This document shows, one piece after another, positions 8,315 through 18,037 of a stretch of DNA of 33,087 nt (positions are counted from its first letter, which is position 1; the number at the start of each line of letters is the position of its first letter). The position numbers were made by a program, and so were the translations under genes. The notes beneath the pieces were generated by a model, which was given only the letters and a program-made list of their open reading frames with translations, was not told the DNA's origin and did no database searches. Origin of the DNA: an uncultured Micrococcales bacterium (lineage in GTDB: Bacteria > Actinomycetota > Actinomycetes > Actinomycetales > Microbacteriaceae); contig CAIJWY010000057.1 in assembly GCA_903824455.1 (NCBI GenBank), positions 1 through 33,087 on the forward strand. The letters are read 5' to 3'.

Positions 8315-9776
8315 GGTTCATACCGTTCAGCTTTAGTACCGCGGCGGAGAACTGGTTACCGCGATCGGCATAGTCCTTAAATTGATCCATCGAGGCACTT
8401 GCAGGGGCAAGCAACACTGTGTCACCTGGGCGAGCTAGGCCAGCGGCGGCGGCTACCGCTCGGGCCATAACATCTTCTCCGTCGCCGATTTCGATCACGG
8501 GAACGTGGGGGGCAAAGCCAGACAGGGCAGTGAGAACATCCCCACGGTCTACCCCAATCACAATTGCAGCCTTAATTCGCGGGGAGACAGTTTTCACCAA
8601 CTCGGAAATATCGACGCCTTTCAGAAGGCCCCCAACCAGCCAGATGACAGACTCAAAAGAATTCAGGGAAGCTGCGGCCGCGTGAGGATTGGTTGCCTTT
8701 GAATCGTCGACCCAGGAAATCTCATCCTTTTCAAGAATCAGTTCGATGCGATGGCCATCGAGCCTGAATGTGGAAACCCCAATACCTACTGCCTTGGCAG
8801 AAACCCCGTAGGCCCGTGCCAGAGCAGCCGCGGCTGCCACATTCTGCAGTAGGTGTTTGGTTACAACGCCGATTTTGGAGATTTGCTCGACCGTCGCTAA
8901 GGCCTCGATAACCTTGCTCTTACGCATTGGAGAAAATGCGTTATCCACTAGTACGTCTTCGACATATCCCAAATTCGATGGACCGGGGAAGCCAATTCCG
9001 AAACCGATAGCTCTGGCTCCGTCTTGAACTTCGGCTGCTTCGAGGAGCTTTTGAGTGTGATCATCGGTGGTGTTGTAAATGCAGGCGGCTTCGGAGTTTT
9101 CAAAGATTTTCGACTTGGCCGCTCGATAGTCCTCGAAAGAACCGTGCCAATCTAAATGATCCAAATCAACATTCAGCAGAGCCGCAGCGAATGGCTCTAT
9201 GCGATTCAGATAGTGCAACTGAAAACTTGAAAGTTCTACTACCAATGCATCGAAACCAATTTCATCTCTGATGCAGTCGAGAATTGGTGTACCGATGTTT
9301 CCGCAAGAAGCCGCCCTGAGACCGGCGGCCTGCAAAATGTTTGTCGTGAGTTGAACCGTAGTCGTTTTCCCATTGGTGCCGGTTACGCAAATCCAATCGG
9401 CCGGCTTCCCAGTTTTGTCGCGAAGCCTCCACGCTAAATCGATGTCAGTCCAAATAGGAATTCCGGCGTGCTTGGCCCAACTAATCTGCTGTGAGTCTGG
9501 TCTGAATCCGGGTGATGTGATCACCAAGTCTGGCGAGAAAGCAGAGACCTTAGCTAAGACCTCAGAAAGGTCATCACCTAAAAACGTTTCCACGCCAAGA
9601 ACGGAAAGTAAATCCAAATACTCTGGTTCCGACTTATCGGCAACCACTAAAACTTTGCTTCCAAGTTCAGCCAAGGTGTCGGCCGCTGAAAATCCGGATA
9701 CACCTAGACCGAAGATGACCACTCGAAGTTCAGACCAACTCGAGTGCCAACTGGTTAGATCATCCAGCTTGCTCAT
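8307..9776 (-). CDS. murD: UDP-MurNAc-peptide D-glutamate ligase MurD
   Basis: GLGVSG, TSPG, TGTNGKTTT, ELSSFQL, DHLDWH, DDSKATN and LAPASASMDQF..YADRG motifs. Confidence 0.98.
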   Translation of the reverse strand: MSKLDDLTSWHSSWSELRVVIFGLGVSGFSAADTLAELGSKVLVVADKSEPEYLDLLSVLGVETFLGDDLSEVLAKVSAFSPDLVITSPGFRPDSQQISWAKHAGIPIWTDIDLAWRLRDKTGKPADWICVTGTNGKTTTVQLTTNILQAAGLRAASCGNIGTPILDCIRDEIGFDALVVELSSFQLHYLNRIEPFAAALLNVDLDHLDWHGSFEDYRAAKSKIFENSEAACIYNTTDDHTQKLLEAAEVQDGARAIGFGIGFPGPSNLGYVEDVLVDNAFSPMRKSKVIEALATVEQISKIGVVTKHLLQNVAAAAALARAYGVSAKAVGIGVSTFRLDGHRIELILEKDEISWVDDSKATNPHAAAASLNSFESVIWLVGGLLKGVDISELVKTVSPRIKAAIVIGVDRGDVLTALSGFAPHVPVIEIGDGEDVMARAVAAAAGLARPGDTVLLAPASASMDQFKDYADRGNQFSAAVLKLNGMNHG

Positions 9777-9779
9777 GGT

Positions 9780-10877
9780 TTAGGCGTAGGTCCATTCCAT
9801 GTAGAACACTCCAACACCGGTAAGAACACAAAGCGCACTGATAATCCAGAATCGAACCACGATAGTGATTTCTTCCCAACCCTTTAGTTCGAAATGGTGG
9901 TGCAACGGGCTCATCAGGAACACCCGCTTCCCGGTACCCGTTCTCCACTTGGTGAGCTTGAAGTAAACGCGCTGAATGATTACCGAACCCGTCACAATCA
10001 CAAATAGGCCGCCGATTGGAATTAGTAACAGTTCGGTGCGAGTAAGAATTGCCAAAGCGGCTAAAGCGCCTCCCAATCCCAAAGATCCGGTATCTCCCAT
10101 AAAAATTCTCGCCGGTGAAGTGTTCCACCAGAGAAAACCGATGAGTGCTCCCACAATTGCAGAAGCTACTACTGCGAGGTCAAGCGAATCCTTGACCTCA
10201 TAACAATTGCGAGCTGCAACCTCGGCGAAGCAAGACTGATTGAACTGCCAAAAACCGATGACTGCATACGCTCCAATCGACATGGCACTGCTACCGGTTG
10301 CCAACCCGTCTAGCCCATCGGCAATGTTCACGCCGTTTGAGGTCGACGCGACTAGAAAGTAGATCCAGATTACGAACAGAATCAAACCAAGTATCGGTCC
10401 CCAGGCCATTAGATCAATAGTCGTATCTCGAACTATTGAAATCGACGCTGACGCCGGAGACCAGCCTTCGGCATCCTTTAATTGAAGAGCCATAATCGCG
10501 AAAGCAATTGCAACTACGCCTTGTCCGGCAATCTTCGCCCAGCCACTCAAACCCAGGGATCGCTGCTTGTGGGTCTTCATGAAATCGTCGACGAACCCAA
10601 CTAAACCTAGGCCAACCATCATGAACAGAACCAAGAGTGCCGAATTACTAACCGGTTCTTCATTCACGAATTTAGCTACAAAAACCGCGATAACGGTCGC
10701 GAGAATAATGGCGATTCCACCCATGGTTGGGGTACCGCGCTTAGTGTGGTGAACCATCGGACCGTCATCTCGAACGAACTGCCCCCAGCCAACCCGTTTG
10801 AACAGCCAGATAAAGGCAGGCGTCATGAAGAGCGTGAAAGCCAGCGCAATTCCACCTGCCAAAATTATTGACTTCAA
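9780..10877 (-). CDS. mraY: Phospho-MurNAc-pentapeptide transferase MraY
   Basis: [28 protein letters not shown] and PLHHHFE motifs. TTG start with GGAGG RBS. Confidence 0.98.
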   Translation of the reverse strand: MKSIILAGGIALAFTLFMTPAFIWLFKRVGWGQFVRDDGPMVHHTKRGTPTMGGIAIILATVIAVFVAKFVNEEPVSNSALLVLFMMVGLGLVGFVDDFMKTHKQRSLGLSGWAKIAGQGVVAIAFAIMALQLKDAEGWSPASASISIVRDTTIDLMAWGPILGLILFVIWIYFLVASTSNGVNIADGLDGLATGSSAMSIGAYAVIGFWQFNQSCFAEVAARNCYEVKDSLDLAVVASAIVGALIGFLWWNTSPARIFMGDTGSLGLGGALAALAILTRTELLLIPIGGLFVIVTGSVIIQRVYFKLTKWRTGTGKRVFLMSPLHHHFELKGWEEITIVVRFWIISALCVLTGVGVFYMEWTYA

Positions 10878-12271
10878 TTCAAAACCTCCAGCAAGTCGTC
10901 ACCCAGATGTCGCAGGTTTGCCGACTTCGATGACTTAATCAAGACAATGTCTCCAGCCTCAAGCATTCCACGAATGTGCGCTAAAGCGTCGGAGCTTGAT
11001 TCAAAGAAAATCGACTCACCGTCCCAAGAGCCTTCCTGCATTGCACCAAGGTGAATAAGTTTTGCGGCCGAGCCAACCACCACAAGCTGATCTATGTTGT
11101 AGCGAACCACCAGGCGGCCAACTTGGTCGTGGGCTTCTCTCGAAAACTCTCCGAGTTCAGCCATCTCTCCCAAGACGGCGATGGTGCGCCGACCCGATTT
11201 TCCAAGATGAGCCAGAGTTTGAAGGGCTGCCCGCATTGAATCGGGTGACGCGTTGTAGGCGTCATTGATGATCGAAATTCCATCGGAACGATTGGTAAGT
11301 TGCATTCTCCAGCGCTCAGCCAGAGGAAGTGCTGCCAGTGCTGCCAGTGACTGGTCCAAAGCTAAACCAAGCTGGTCGGCAACCGCTATGGCAGCGGCAG
11401 CATTCATAAGTTGATGTTCCCCAAGAACTTGCAAGGCGATTCGATCGACACGTGCCATGGGTAAATGCAAATCCGCTGATGTTCCATTGATGGAAAGTTC
11501 CAAATTGTCGAAGCGATAGTCGGCAGTTGGGTTAGTGCCGAAAGAAACCTTGGCAGCTTTGGTGAGACCGGTCATTTTCGCGACCTCGGCATCGTCACAG
11601 TTGTAAATAAATGTGGCACTTTCATCGAGCGCCTCAACCAACTCAGCCTTGATTTTTGCAGTTACCTCGATACCGCCGAAAACGCCAACATGGGCCAAGC
11701 CTACCTTTAGAACAACTCCATAATCGGGTTTACACATTTTTGCCAAATAGGCAATGCTTCCTAATCCCCCGGCGCCTAGTTCAACTACCAAATACCTGGT
11801 GTTCTCGTCGATTTTCAAAATTGAAATTGGAGCGCCAACCTCATTGTTGTAAGACTCAATCGGTGACACGGTGTTACCGAAATGATTGAGAATTGCGCCG
11901 AGCATGTTTTTGGTGCTGGTTTTGCCATTGGAGCCGGTGATTCCGATTACCTTTAGGTTGCCGCTGGCGCGAACCAGTTGCAGTACCCCGGCCGCCAACT
12001 TACCTAGCGCAGAAACCGTATCGGTGACCAAAATCTGCGGCAGTGGAATATCTGTTTGAAGTATCTCGACTACGGCACCAACTGCTCCAAGTTCCATGGA
12101 ACTTTGCACAAATTTGTGGCCGTCGGTAATCTCACCTGGTTTGGCAAAAAACAGCGAACCCGATCGAATCAGACGCGAGTCTGTTTCGACGGAACCAAAA
12201 ACCTCGACATCCGAGCCAACCAGCTTTCCGCCCACCATTTCGGCAATCTCTGAAAGCTTTAGCTTTATCAT
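10874..12271 (-). CDS. murF: UDP-MurNAc-tripeptide--D-Ala-D-Ala ligase MurF
   Basis: [36 protein letters not shown] and LGEMAELG motifs. Confidence 0.97.
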   Translation of the reverse strand: MIKLKLSEIAEMVGGKLVGSDVEVFGSVETDSRLIRSGSLFFAKPGEITDGHKFVQSSMELGAVGAVVEILQTDIPLPQILVTDTVSALGKLAAGVLQLVRASGNLKVIGITGSNGKTSTKNMLGAILNHFGNTVSPIESYNNEVGAPISILKIDENTRYLVVELGAGGLGSIAYLAKMCKPDYGVVLKVGLAHVGVFGGIEVTAKIKAELVEALDESATFIYNCDDAEVAKMTGLTKAAKVSFGTNPTADYRFDNLELSINGTSADLHLPMARVDRIALQVLGEHQLMNAAAAIAVADQLGLALDQSLAALAALPLAERWRMQLTNRSDGISIINDAYNASPDSMRAALQTLAHLGKSGRRTIAVLGEMAELGEFSREAHDQVGRLVVRYNIDQLVVVGSAAKLIHLGAMQEGSWDGESIFFESSSDALAHIRGMLEAGDIVLIKSSKSANLRHLGDDLLEVLN

Positions 12272-13818
12272 TTCCAGCCAGCGTTTCTCAGCGCTTCGCG
12301 CGCTAGTGCCCGAGCACTGTAAGGCGTTCGCACTCCCCTGATGTCACGATAATCCTGGTGTCCAGGACCTGCCCACAGAATTGAGTCACCGGGGCCAACC
12401 AAGCTAATGGCTTTTACGATGGCAGCCTCGGGCGGGCTGACCTCATAGATCTCTGCCTCCGGCCTCGCCACCCTGGCCGATGATACTAGTGCGGCACGGA
12501 TCGAAGCGGCATCTTCAAATCGGGGGTGATGATCGGTTATCACGAGAATATCGCTTCCGTTTACCGCCATCTTGGCCATTGCTGGGCGCTTACTCGCATC
12601 CCGATCACCGTCGGCACCAAACAGCATCAACACCTTGCCAGTGGTGACTTTTCGAACCGCTGCCAGCGTGTTCAAAAACGCGTCTGGGCTGTGCCCAAAA
12701 TCGATGTAAACCGACGGCCCGGAAGCTGGAGACACCAATTCCGTGCGACCAGGCAAATAGCAGTCCACGCCACCCACGATTGCCGCGCTAATGCGTTTAG
12801 CCGTGTAGCCTGCCTGAATCAACATGGCAATCGCCAGACCGGCGTTGGCAGCCATGTGCGCTCCGATAATCGGAACCTGAGAAGAAATAACTTCGCCTTC
12901 GGGAGTAGTTACCTCAAATTTGGTTAGCCCGGGTAACTCTGCGGTGACGGTAACCAGGTAGTCGGGGTTCTTATCCTTCGAGTTGGAAACAGTCACAGTA
13001 GGAATTGTCGCCAGTTTCAAGAACGCGTCACCATAATCTGAATCCAAGCAAACGACGCCTCGATTGGCGTGGGATGGTTGAAACAGTTGCACTTTGGCTG
13101 CCAGATATTCGGCCATGTCCGCATAATCATCGAGATGATCGTGGCTCAAATTTGTGAAACCAACTACGTCAAACAGCAATCCATCAACTCTCAGCTGGCT
13201 GAGTGCCTGCGCTGAAACCTCGATGGCAACCGCTGTGACCTGACTTTCGCGCATTCTGGCGATAAGCGATTGCATTTCGGTAGATTCTGGGGTGGTGAGG
13301 CGACTCACGATCACCTCGCCCGCGATGTGGCGCTCTGCGGTGGAAGTCAAGCCGGTAGTTTCTCCCAATTGGCGAAGCATTGCTTCCAAAATGTAGGTGG
13401 TTGAAGTTTTGCCATTGGTGCCGGTGGTAGCGAATAGCTTCGGCATGACGCTGGGGTGGTTTCCGTAAACGGTTGCTGCCAGAGCACCTAGGTGTGACCT
13501 CGGATTCTCCAATCGGTAAACCGGAACCCCCACTTCGGACAATTCAGAAAGACCGGCGTCGTCGGTAATTATGGCAACGGCTCCAAGTTCAAGTGCTTTA
13601 CTTACGTATCGCGCTCCATGGGTTTTCAAGCCCGGCATCGCCACGAACAAATCGCCAGGGCGCAAATCAGCGGTATTCATGCTGATACCGGTGACTTCAA
13701 CTGCAGTGTCCCCGGAAACTCGTTCTAATCCAAAAATGGTGGCAATTTCAGCTACAGAAATCGGTACTACCGAATCAGGGCGGATGGTTGGGGGAATCTG
13801 CTCTTTCATACTCACCAC
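12268..13818 (-). CDS. murE: MurE-family ligase (third stem residue), non-canonical specificity motif
   Basis: TGTNGKTST, LTTPE and FTNLSHDHLD motifs. Lies between ftsI and murF. Start is GTG 13818 or ATG 13809. Confidence 0.93.
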   Translation of the reverse strand: MVSMKEQIPPTIRPDSVVPISVAEIATIFGLERVSGDTAVEVTGISMNTADLRPGDLFVAMPGLKTHGARYVSKALELGAVAIITDDAGLSELSEVGVPVYRLENPRSHLGALAATVYGNHPSVMPKLFATTGTNGKTSTTYILEAMLRQLGETTGLTSTAERHIAGEVIVSRLTTPESTEMQSLIARMRESQVTAVAIEVSAQALSQLRVDGLLFDVVGFTNLSHDHLDDYADMAEYLAAKVQLFQPSHANRGVVCLDSDYGDAFLKLATIPTVTVSNSKDKNPDYLVTVTAELPGLTKFEVTTPEGEVISSQVPIIGAHMAANAGLAIAMLIQAGYTAKRISAAIVGGVDCYLPGRTELVSPASGPSVYIDFGHSPDAFLNTLAAVRKVTTGKVLMLFGADGDRDASKRPAMAKMAVNGSDILVITDHHPRFEDAASIRAALVSSARVARPEAEIYEVSPPEAAIVKAISLVGPGDSILWAGPGHQDYRDIRGVRTPYSARALAREALRNAGWK

Positions 13819-15569
13819 TCCGTAGGAATTTCCCTGGACTTGGTGGTTGATGGTGGCACGCGATAGGCGCGAAGTGTCTGCTGCATGATTTGCTTGAATA
13901 TGGGCGTTGCACCAATCGAGCTGCTAGTTCGGCGGGATTTATACAACATCACGGCCACCACGTATTTTGGATCGTCGGCTGGAGCCAGGCCGATGAAAGA
14001 GATCGCATGTAGATAACCATAGGTGTTACCTTGCTTAATCTGAGCCGTGCCACTCTTGCCAGCGACTCGATATCCGGCAATTGCTGCTGTTTTACCGATG
14101 TGACCCTGCTCGACAACTTTCTCCAACATGTCTACTGTGCTTCTCGCAGTTGATTCGGAAACCGCTCGAACCGCTTGGCCAACCGGGTATTCGGTCACCT
14201 GCCCGTTCGCCTTTTTGCAACTCTCGAAAAGCTTTGGAGACAGACGAACGCCTCCATTGGCAATTGCCTGGTAAGCGTAGGCCATTTGAATCGGCGTTAC
14301 GGCTATTCCCTGACCGAACATGCTGGTGAGATCGGTCTGACCATCCCAGTTCTTGGTGTCGCCCAAAATGCCACCGGATTCGAAGGTCATACCTAGCGAA
14401 GTTGGTTCACCAAGTCCAAACTTTTTCATGTAGGAGACTCGAACCGAACGCTTAACCTTGGCGCCTATTTGCATGATTCCAGTGTTTGAGCTGTCTCGCA
14501 GAATTCCCGCCAGAGTCAAATGCAAGGTTGGGTGCTTGTCGGAATCCTTGATCCAGGTGCCCCACTTCATCTTCACTTTGAACGGGGCCACAATCTGAGT
14601 GGCTGGGGTGGCTTTACCGTCGTCAATCGCAGTGGCTGCGGTAATCATTTTCATGGTGGAACCAGGCTCATAGGTGTTGGTGAAGATTTTTCCCTGGCGA
14701 TCTCGCTCCTTTGAGGCCCCAGGGTTATTGGGGTCAACGGTTGGCGCTTCCGCAGCCACTAGCAAACGACCGGTCTTGACCTCGATAACTATTGCGGTTC
14801 CATAGTCAGCGCGCTCATTCTTGACGGCGGTTTCCAGCACCTGTTGAGAAAAGTACTGCAAATTAGTGTCAATGCTGAGTTTCAGGTCTCCGCCGTCCCT
14901 GGCCACCTTTGCCACAACAGCACTTTCTGGAATTCGAATCCCATCGGAACCCTGATCGAAAGACTCTTTACCGTCAACGCCAGCCAAGCAAGAGTCCATT
15001 TGCGCTTCTAAGCCGGCTTTCGTAGCACCATCGGCGGTGATGAAGCCGACCAGGTTACCGGCTACCGCTCCGTTTGGATATACCCGAGAAATACGTTCAT
15101 CGGTCCAAAGCCACGGGAGATCTAAGCTTTCAATTTGAGTCATAACGCTTGAGTTAACATTTTTGGCAAGATTGGCATAAACGCCTTTGCCACTCATTTG
15201 TTTCAGTACTTCGCTCTCGGTCTTACCTAGGATCGCCGCGATTCGAGTGGCCAGTTGCTCAACCGTCATCGTAACCGTGGCTCCGTTTACCTGGCGTTCT
15301 ACCGGTGCTACTTTGATCGGCGCCACGTTTACGTCGTAGCGGAATATCGACTTTGCCAATACCTTCGAATCCTTGTCGAGAATCGAACCCCTAGCCGCCG
15401 ATATGACACGAGTTATCTCGCGTTTCGACTTGGAAGCCTCTTTTATTGCTGGGGCATTGACAACCTGGAGATCGAGTAAGTGCCCCACAAAAAAGACCAC
15501 GAAGATTGCCACAATAATTCGAAGAATTGAGAAACGCTTGCGGTCTTCACCTGGAGGCAACATGCTCAT
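13812..15569 (-). CDS. ftsI: Class B penicillin-binding protein FtsI
   Basis: N-terminal TM, RGSILD, RVYPNG, YEPGSTMK (SxxK), SSN (SxN) and KSGTAQ. Confidence 0.96.
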   Translation of the reverse strand: MSMLPPGEDRKRFSILRIIVAIFVVFFVGHLLDLQVVNAPAIKEASKSKREITRVISAARGSILDKDSKVLAKSIFRYDVNVAPIKVAPVERQVNGATVTMTVEQLATRIAAILGKTESEVLKQMSGKGVYANLAKNVNSSVMTQIESLDLPWLWTDERISRVYPNGAVAGNLVGFITADGATKAGLEAQMDSCLAGVDGKESFDQGSDGIRIPESAVVAKVARDGGDLKLSIDTNLQYFSQQVLETAVKNERADYGTAIVIEVKTGRLLVAAEAPTVDPNNPGASKERDRQGKIFTNTYEPGSTMKMITAATAIDDGKATPATQIVAPFKVKMKWGTWIKDSDKHPTLHLTLAGILRDSSNTGIMQIGAKVKRSVRVSYMKKFGLGEPTSLGMTFESGGILGDTKNWDGQTDLTSMFGQGIAVTPIQMAYAYQAIANGGVRLSPKLFESCKKANGQVTEYPVGQAVRAVSESTARSTVDMLEKVVEQGHIGKTAAIAGYRVAGKSGTAQIKQGNTYGYLHAISFIGLAPADDPKYVVAVMLYKSRRTSSSIGATPIFKQIMQQTLRAYRVPPSTTKSREIPTEW

Positions 15570-15586
15570 TTTTGCCTACCTAGTTA

Positions 15587-16114
15587 CTAGTAAGTTGGGG
15601 ATGCTTGGATCGACCCACTGTGTGCGCCGACCGAACTTGATGTTGAACCTAACACGCTATTCATCGATACCTCGCCCAAATTGCTGACGTTGGTATCGGT
15701 GGTCATGGCTGCGTTTGGAACGAGGTTTTTGGAAACGGTTCTCTCGTTTGCTTGGGCGCGGCGCGGCTTTCCAATCACTGCACTGTCGCTGAGACGAAGG
15801 AATACCGGGTTTACGTTTGACACCATGCCAAGAGCGTGTGCCACGTTCACTAGATTCTGGTTTGATGAAAGTGAGTTGACTTCGGATCCGATGATGTCGG
15901 CCTGGGTGCTCAGATTGGCGCGCTCAATTTTGAGATTTGATATCTCGTAGGCTCCAGCCGACGTTACGCCTGCCATAAGGACATTTAGTAACTGGATTGC
16001 GACGACTCCCACCACAATGGTGATGACAACTCTGAGGTTGAGCTTTCTGCTCCTGCCAACCGCACGCAGAGGCGGACGACTGACTGTTCTGGCGGCTACT
16101 CTAATTGCACTCAT
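15587..16114 (-). CDS. ftsL: Probable FtsL-like division protein
   Basis: Basic N-terminus, single TM, heptad segment ending in A..LGMV, and a low-complexity tail. Canonical position between rsmH and ftsI. Confidence 0.7.
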   Translation of the reverse strand: MSAIRVAARTVSRPPLRAVGRSRKLNLRVVITIVVGVVAIQLLNVLMAGVTSAGAYEISNLKIERANLSTQADIIGSEVNSLSSNQNLVNVAHALGMVSNVNPVFLRLSDSAVIGKPRRAQANERTVSKNLVPNAAMTTDTNVSNLGEVSMNSVLGSTSSSVGAHSGSIQASPTY

Positions 16115-17073
16115 GCTGCTTCTCTGATCTTCTCGGCTGCGCGCATCCGAACAGACGCGGCTCTAGGGTTGGAAAGTTTTTCGGAATCGCTGGCTACGGC
16201 CGTGCCTCGAGTCAGCATTCGAATTACCGGGGCGTGTTCTGGCAGCTCCATCGGCATGTCAAGTGGCGCAGACGAATTTGCCAGATAAACGAGAGACTTT
16301 TTCACGATGGTGTCTTCGAGTGAGTGATAAGACATCACCAAGATGCGGCCTCCCACTCTTAGGCAGGCAACAGCTGCTGGGATGGTCTCGGTCAGAATTT
16401 CGAGCTCGCCGTTAACTTCAATTCGAAGCGCTTGAAAAACTCTCTTGGCAGGGTGTCCGCTGGATTTTCCTGGAATGTAGGGAACGATTTTGCTGATCAA
16501 AGCTGCAAGTTCGGCACTGTTTACAAAATTAGAAAGTTTCCGTTTCGCAATTACCGCCTTGGCAATTGGCTTGGCGTAGCGCTCTTCACCAAATTCCTTG
16601 AAAATTTTGGCGAGCTCTGATTCCGAATAGTTGTTCAGTACGTCGGCGGCGGTCTGTCCGTCGTCCTGGTTCATTCGCATGTCTAGCGGTGCATCGAACG
16701 AATACGCAAATCCACGTTCGGCTTCATCTAGCTGCATCGAGGAGACTCCAAGGTCTAAAAGAACTGCGTCGACCGCCGGTATCTCCAAGTCATCAAGCAC
16801 GTCATCAATTTCGCTGTAGACGGCGTGGGCAAAGTGAACTCGGTCGCCGAAACGGGCAAGTCGCTCTTGCGCCAAAACCAGAGCCTTTTCGTCGCGGTCG
16901 ATCCCAACCACGGTCAATTGCTGAAACTTTTCTAAGAAAGCCTCGGTGTGACCGCCGAGCCCCAGAGTGCAGTCGACCATTACAGCGTTTGGTGCCGATA
17001 GAGCTGCACCAAGTACCTCGATGGCATAGTCGAGCGCAACCGGGGTGTGCAGTTGATTTATCGATTTAGACAT
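16111..17073 (-). CDS. rsmH: 16S rRNA m4C1402 methyltransferase RsmH
   Basis: HTPV, DCTLGLGGH, DLGVSSMQLD...RGF, PLDMRM, FQALRIEVN and SYHSLED motifs. Confidence 0.98.
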   Translation of the reverse strand: MSKSINQLHTPVALDYAIEVLGAALSAPNAVMVDCTLGLGGHTEAFLEKFQQLTVVGIDRDEKALVLAQERLARFGDRVHFAHAVYSEIDDVLDDLEIPAVDAVLLDLGVSSMQLDEAERGFAYSFDAPLDMRMNQDDGQTAADVLNNYSESELAKIFKEFGEERYAKPIAKAVIAKRKLSNFVNSAELAALISKIVPYIPGKSSGHPAKRVFQALRIEVNGELEILTETIPAAVACLRVGGRILVMSYHSLEDTIVKKSLVYLANSSAPLDMPMELPEHAPVIRMLTRGTAVASDSEKLSNPRAASVRMRAAEKIREAA

Positions 17074-17078
17074 GAGAC

Positions 17079-17513
17079 CTAGAAGATTCCAGGAATCACC
17101 TCCTCGTCGAGGTCGGCAAACTGTGCATCCTGTTCAGCCATGAACTGGTTCCAGGTAGCTAAATCCCAAATTTCAATACGGTTGTTTACTCCGGCAAGAA
17201 TTAGTTCGCGGCCGAGACCCGCGTATTCGCGCAAGTGCCCGGGAACGGTGATGCGGCCCTGTCTATCCGGCGCTTCGCTTTCGGCGGAGGCCATGAAGTT
17301 TCGAACAAAGAACCGCGCGGCCTTAGTGGTCTGCCTGGCTGCCTCGAGGCTTTGGGAAATCTTGGAGAACTCGGTTGCGGTGTACATCGACACACAACGG
17401 TCTTGACCTTTGGTGAGGTAGATGCCATCACCCAGCGCTTCGCGCCATTTGGCAGGAAGGATCAATCGACCTTTCTCATCCAGCTTTGGCTGCGACTGTC
17501 CACTAAAAGTCAT
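17079..17513 (-). CDS. mraZ: dcw transcriptional regulator MraZ
   Basis: Two AbrB-type repeats (LDEKGRLILP, PDRQGRITVP) and IEIWD. Start reassigned to ATG 17513. Confidence 0.96.
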   Translation of the reverse strand: MTFSGQSQPKLDEKGRLILPAKWREALGDGIYLTKGQDRCVSMYTATEFSKISQSLEAARQTTKAARFFVRNFMASAESEAPDRQGRITVPGHLREYAGLGRELILAGVNNRIEIWDLATWNQFMAEQDAQFADLDEEVIPGIF

Positions 17514-17548
17514 CGGTCCTCCCTTCCCTGGTCTCAAACTCTTATTTG

Positions 17549-17574
17549 CTCCACTTTACACCACTAAAACACAA
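17549..17574 (-). promoter_or_regulatory. MraZ-box direct repeats (GTGG, 10-bp period)
   Basis: Plus-strand CCAC at 17551 and 17561, with a degenerate copy at 17571, upstream of mraZ. Confidence 0.7.
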
Positions 17575-17646
17575 TTTATAATCAAAATCGGGAATATTTC
17601 TACCTAAATTTGTGTAACAACTCAATAACTATAAGCACTCTGATTG

Positions 17647-17662
17647 GTGGAGCAAAATGGAG
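17647..17662 (+). promoter_or_regulatory. Second, oppositely oriented MraZ-box pair
   Basis: GTGGAG-caaa-ATGGAG, 10-bp period. Confidence 0.45.
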
Positions 17663-17692
17663 TGATTTTTACAGACTCCGTCAAATGTTGGC

Positions 17693-17720
17693 AAAAAAAA
17701 TGCAGCCCTTCGGCTGCATT
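17693..17720 (-). terminator. Intrinsic terminator after the DUF3040-like gene
   Basis: The minus strand reads AATGCAGCC-GAAG-GGCTGCATT followed by a T run, 13 nt after the stop codon. Confidence 0.85.
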
Positions 17721-17733
17721 CAGAAAAAAACTC

Positions 17734-17997
17734 CTATTTTGAACCAGGAGTGGAGGCAGCTAGATAAACGCCGCCGAGCATGAGTGCGAAACCCACCAGC
17801 CCGATTGCTGGCACTTGGTTCATTACTCCGGCCAAAAGTGTTGAAAGCCCCGCCACAACGATGAGAGTTCCCGAGATAACCCGCCTAGCCGAAACGTTTG
17901 TAACAGCCAGCTTGCGCTTGGCCGAGTCGGTGGGTCCCCCGGACAGGCTCTTCTCCAACTCATCCAATAATTGTTGCTCGCGCTCGCTTAGTCCCAT
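17734..17997 (-). CDS. DUF3040-like small membrane protein
   Basis: MGLSEREQQLLDELEKSL start plus two TM helices. This is the usual gene upstream of mraZ in actinobacteria. Confidence 0.85.
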   Translation of the reverse strand: MGLSEREQQLLDELEKSLSGGPTDSAKRKLAVTNVSARRVISGTLIVVAGLSTLLAGVMNQVPAIGLVGFALMLGGVYLAASTPGSK

Positions 17998-18037
17998 TCC
18001 CCCATTGTAAGCAAAGCTCTGGGTCTAGGCTAGAGCA
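17998..18037. promoter_or_regulatory. Divergent leaderless promoters
   Basis: Minus TACAAT (18004-18009) and plus TAGGCT (18026-18031), each 6 nt from its ATG. Confidence 0.65.

Noticed and set aside
17514-17733. AT-rich 220-bp intergenic region as a possible sRNA or foreign insertion
   Set aside because: Accounted for by the mraZ promoter, MraZ boxes and a terminator. No additional structure or repeats seen.
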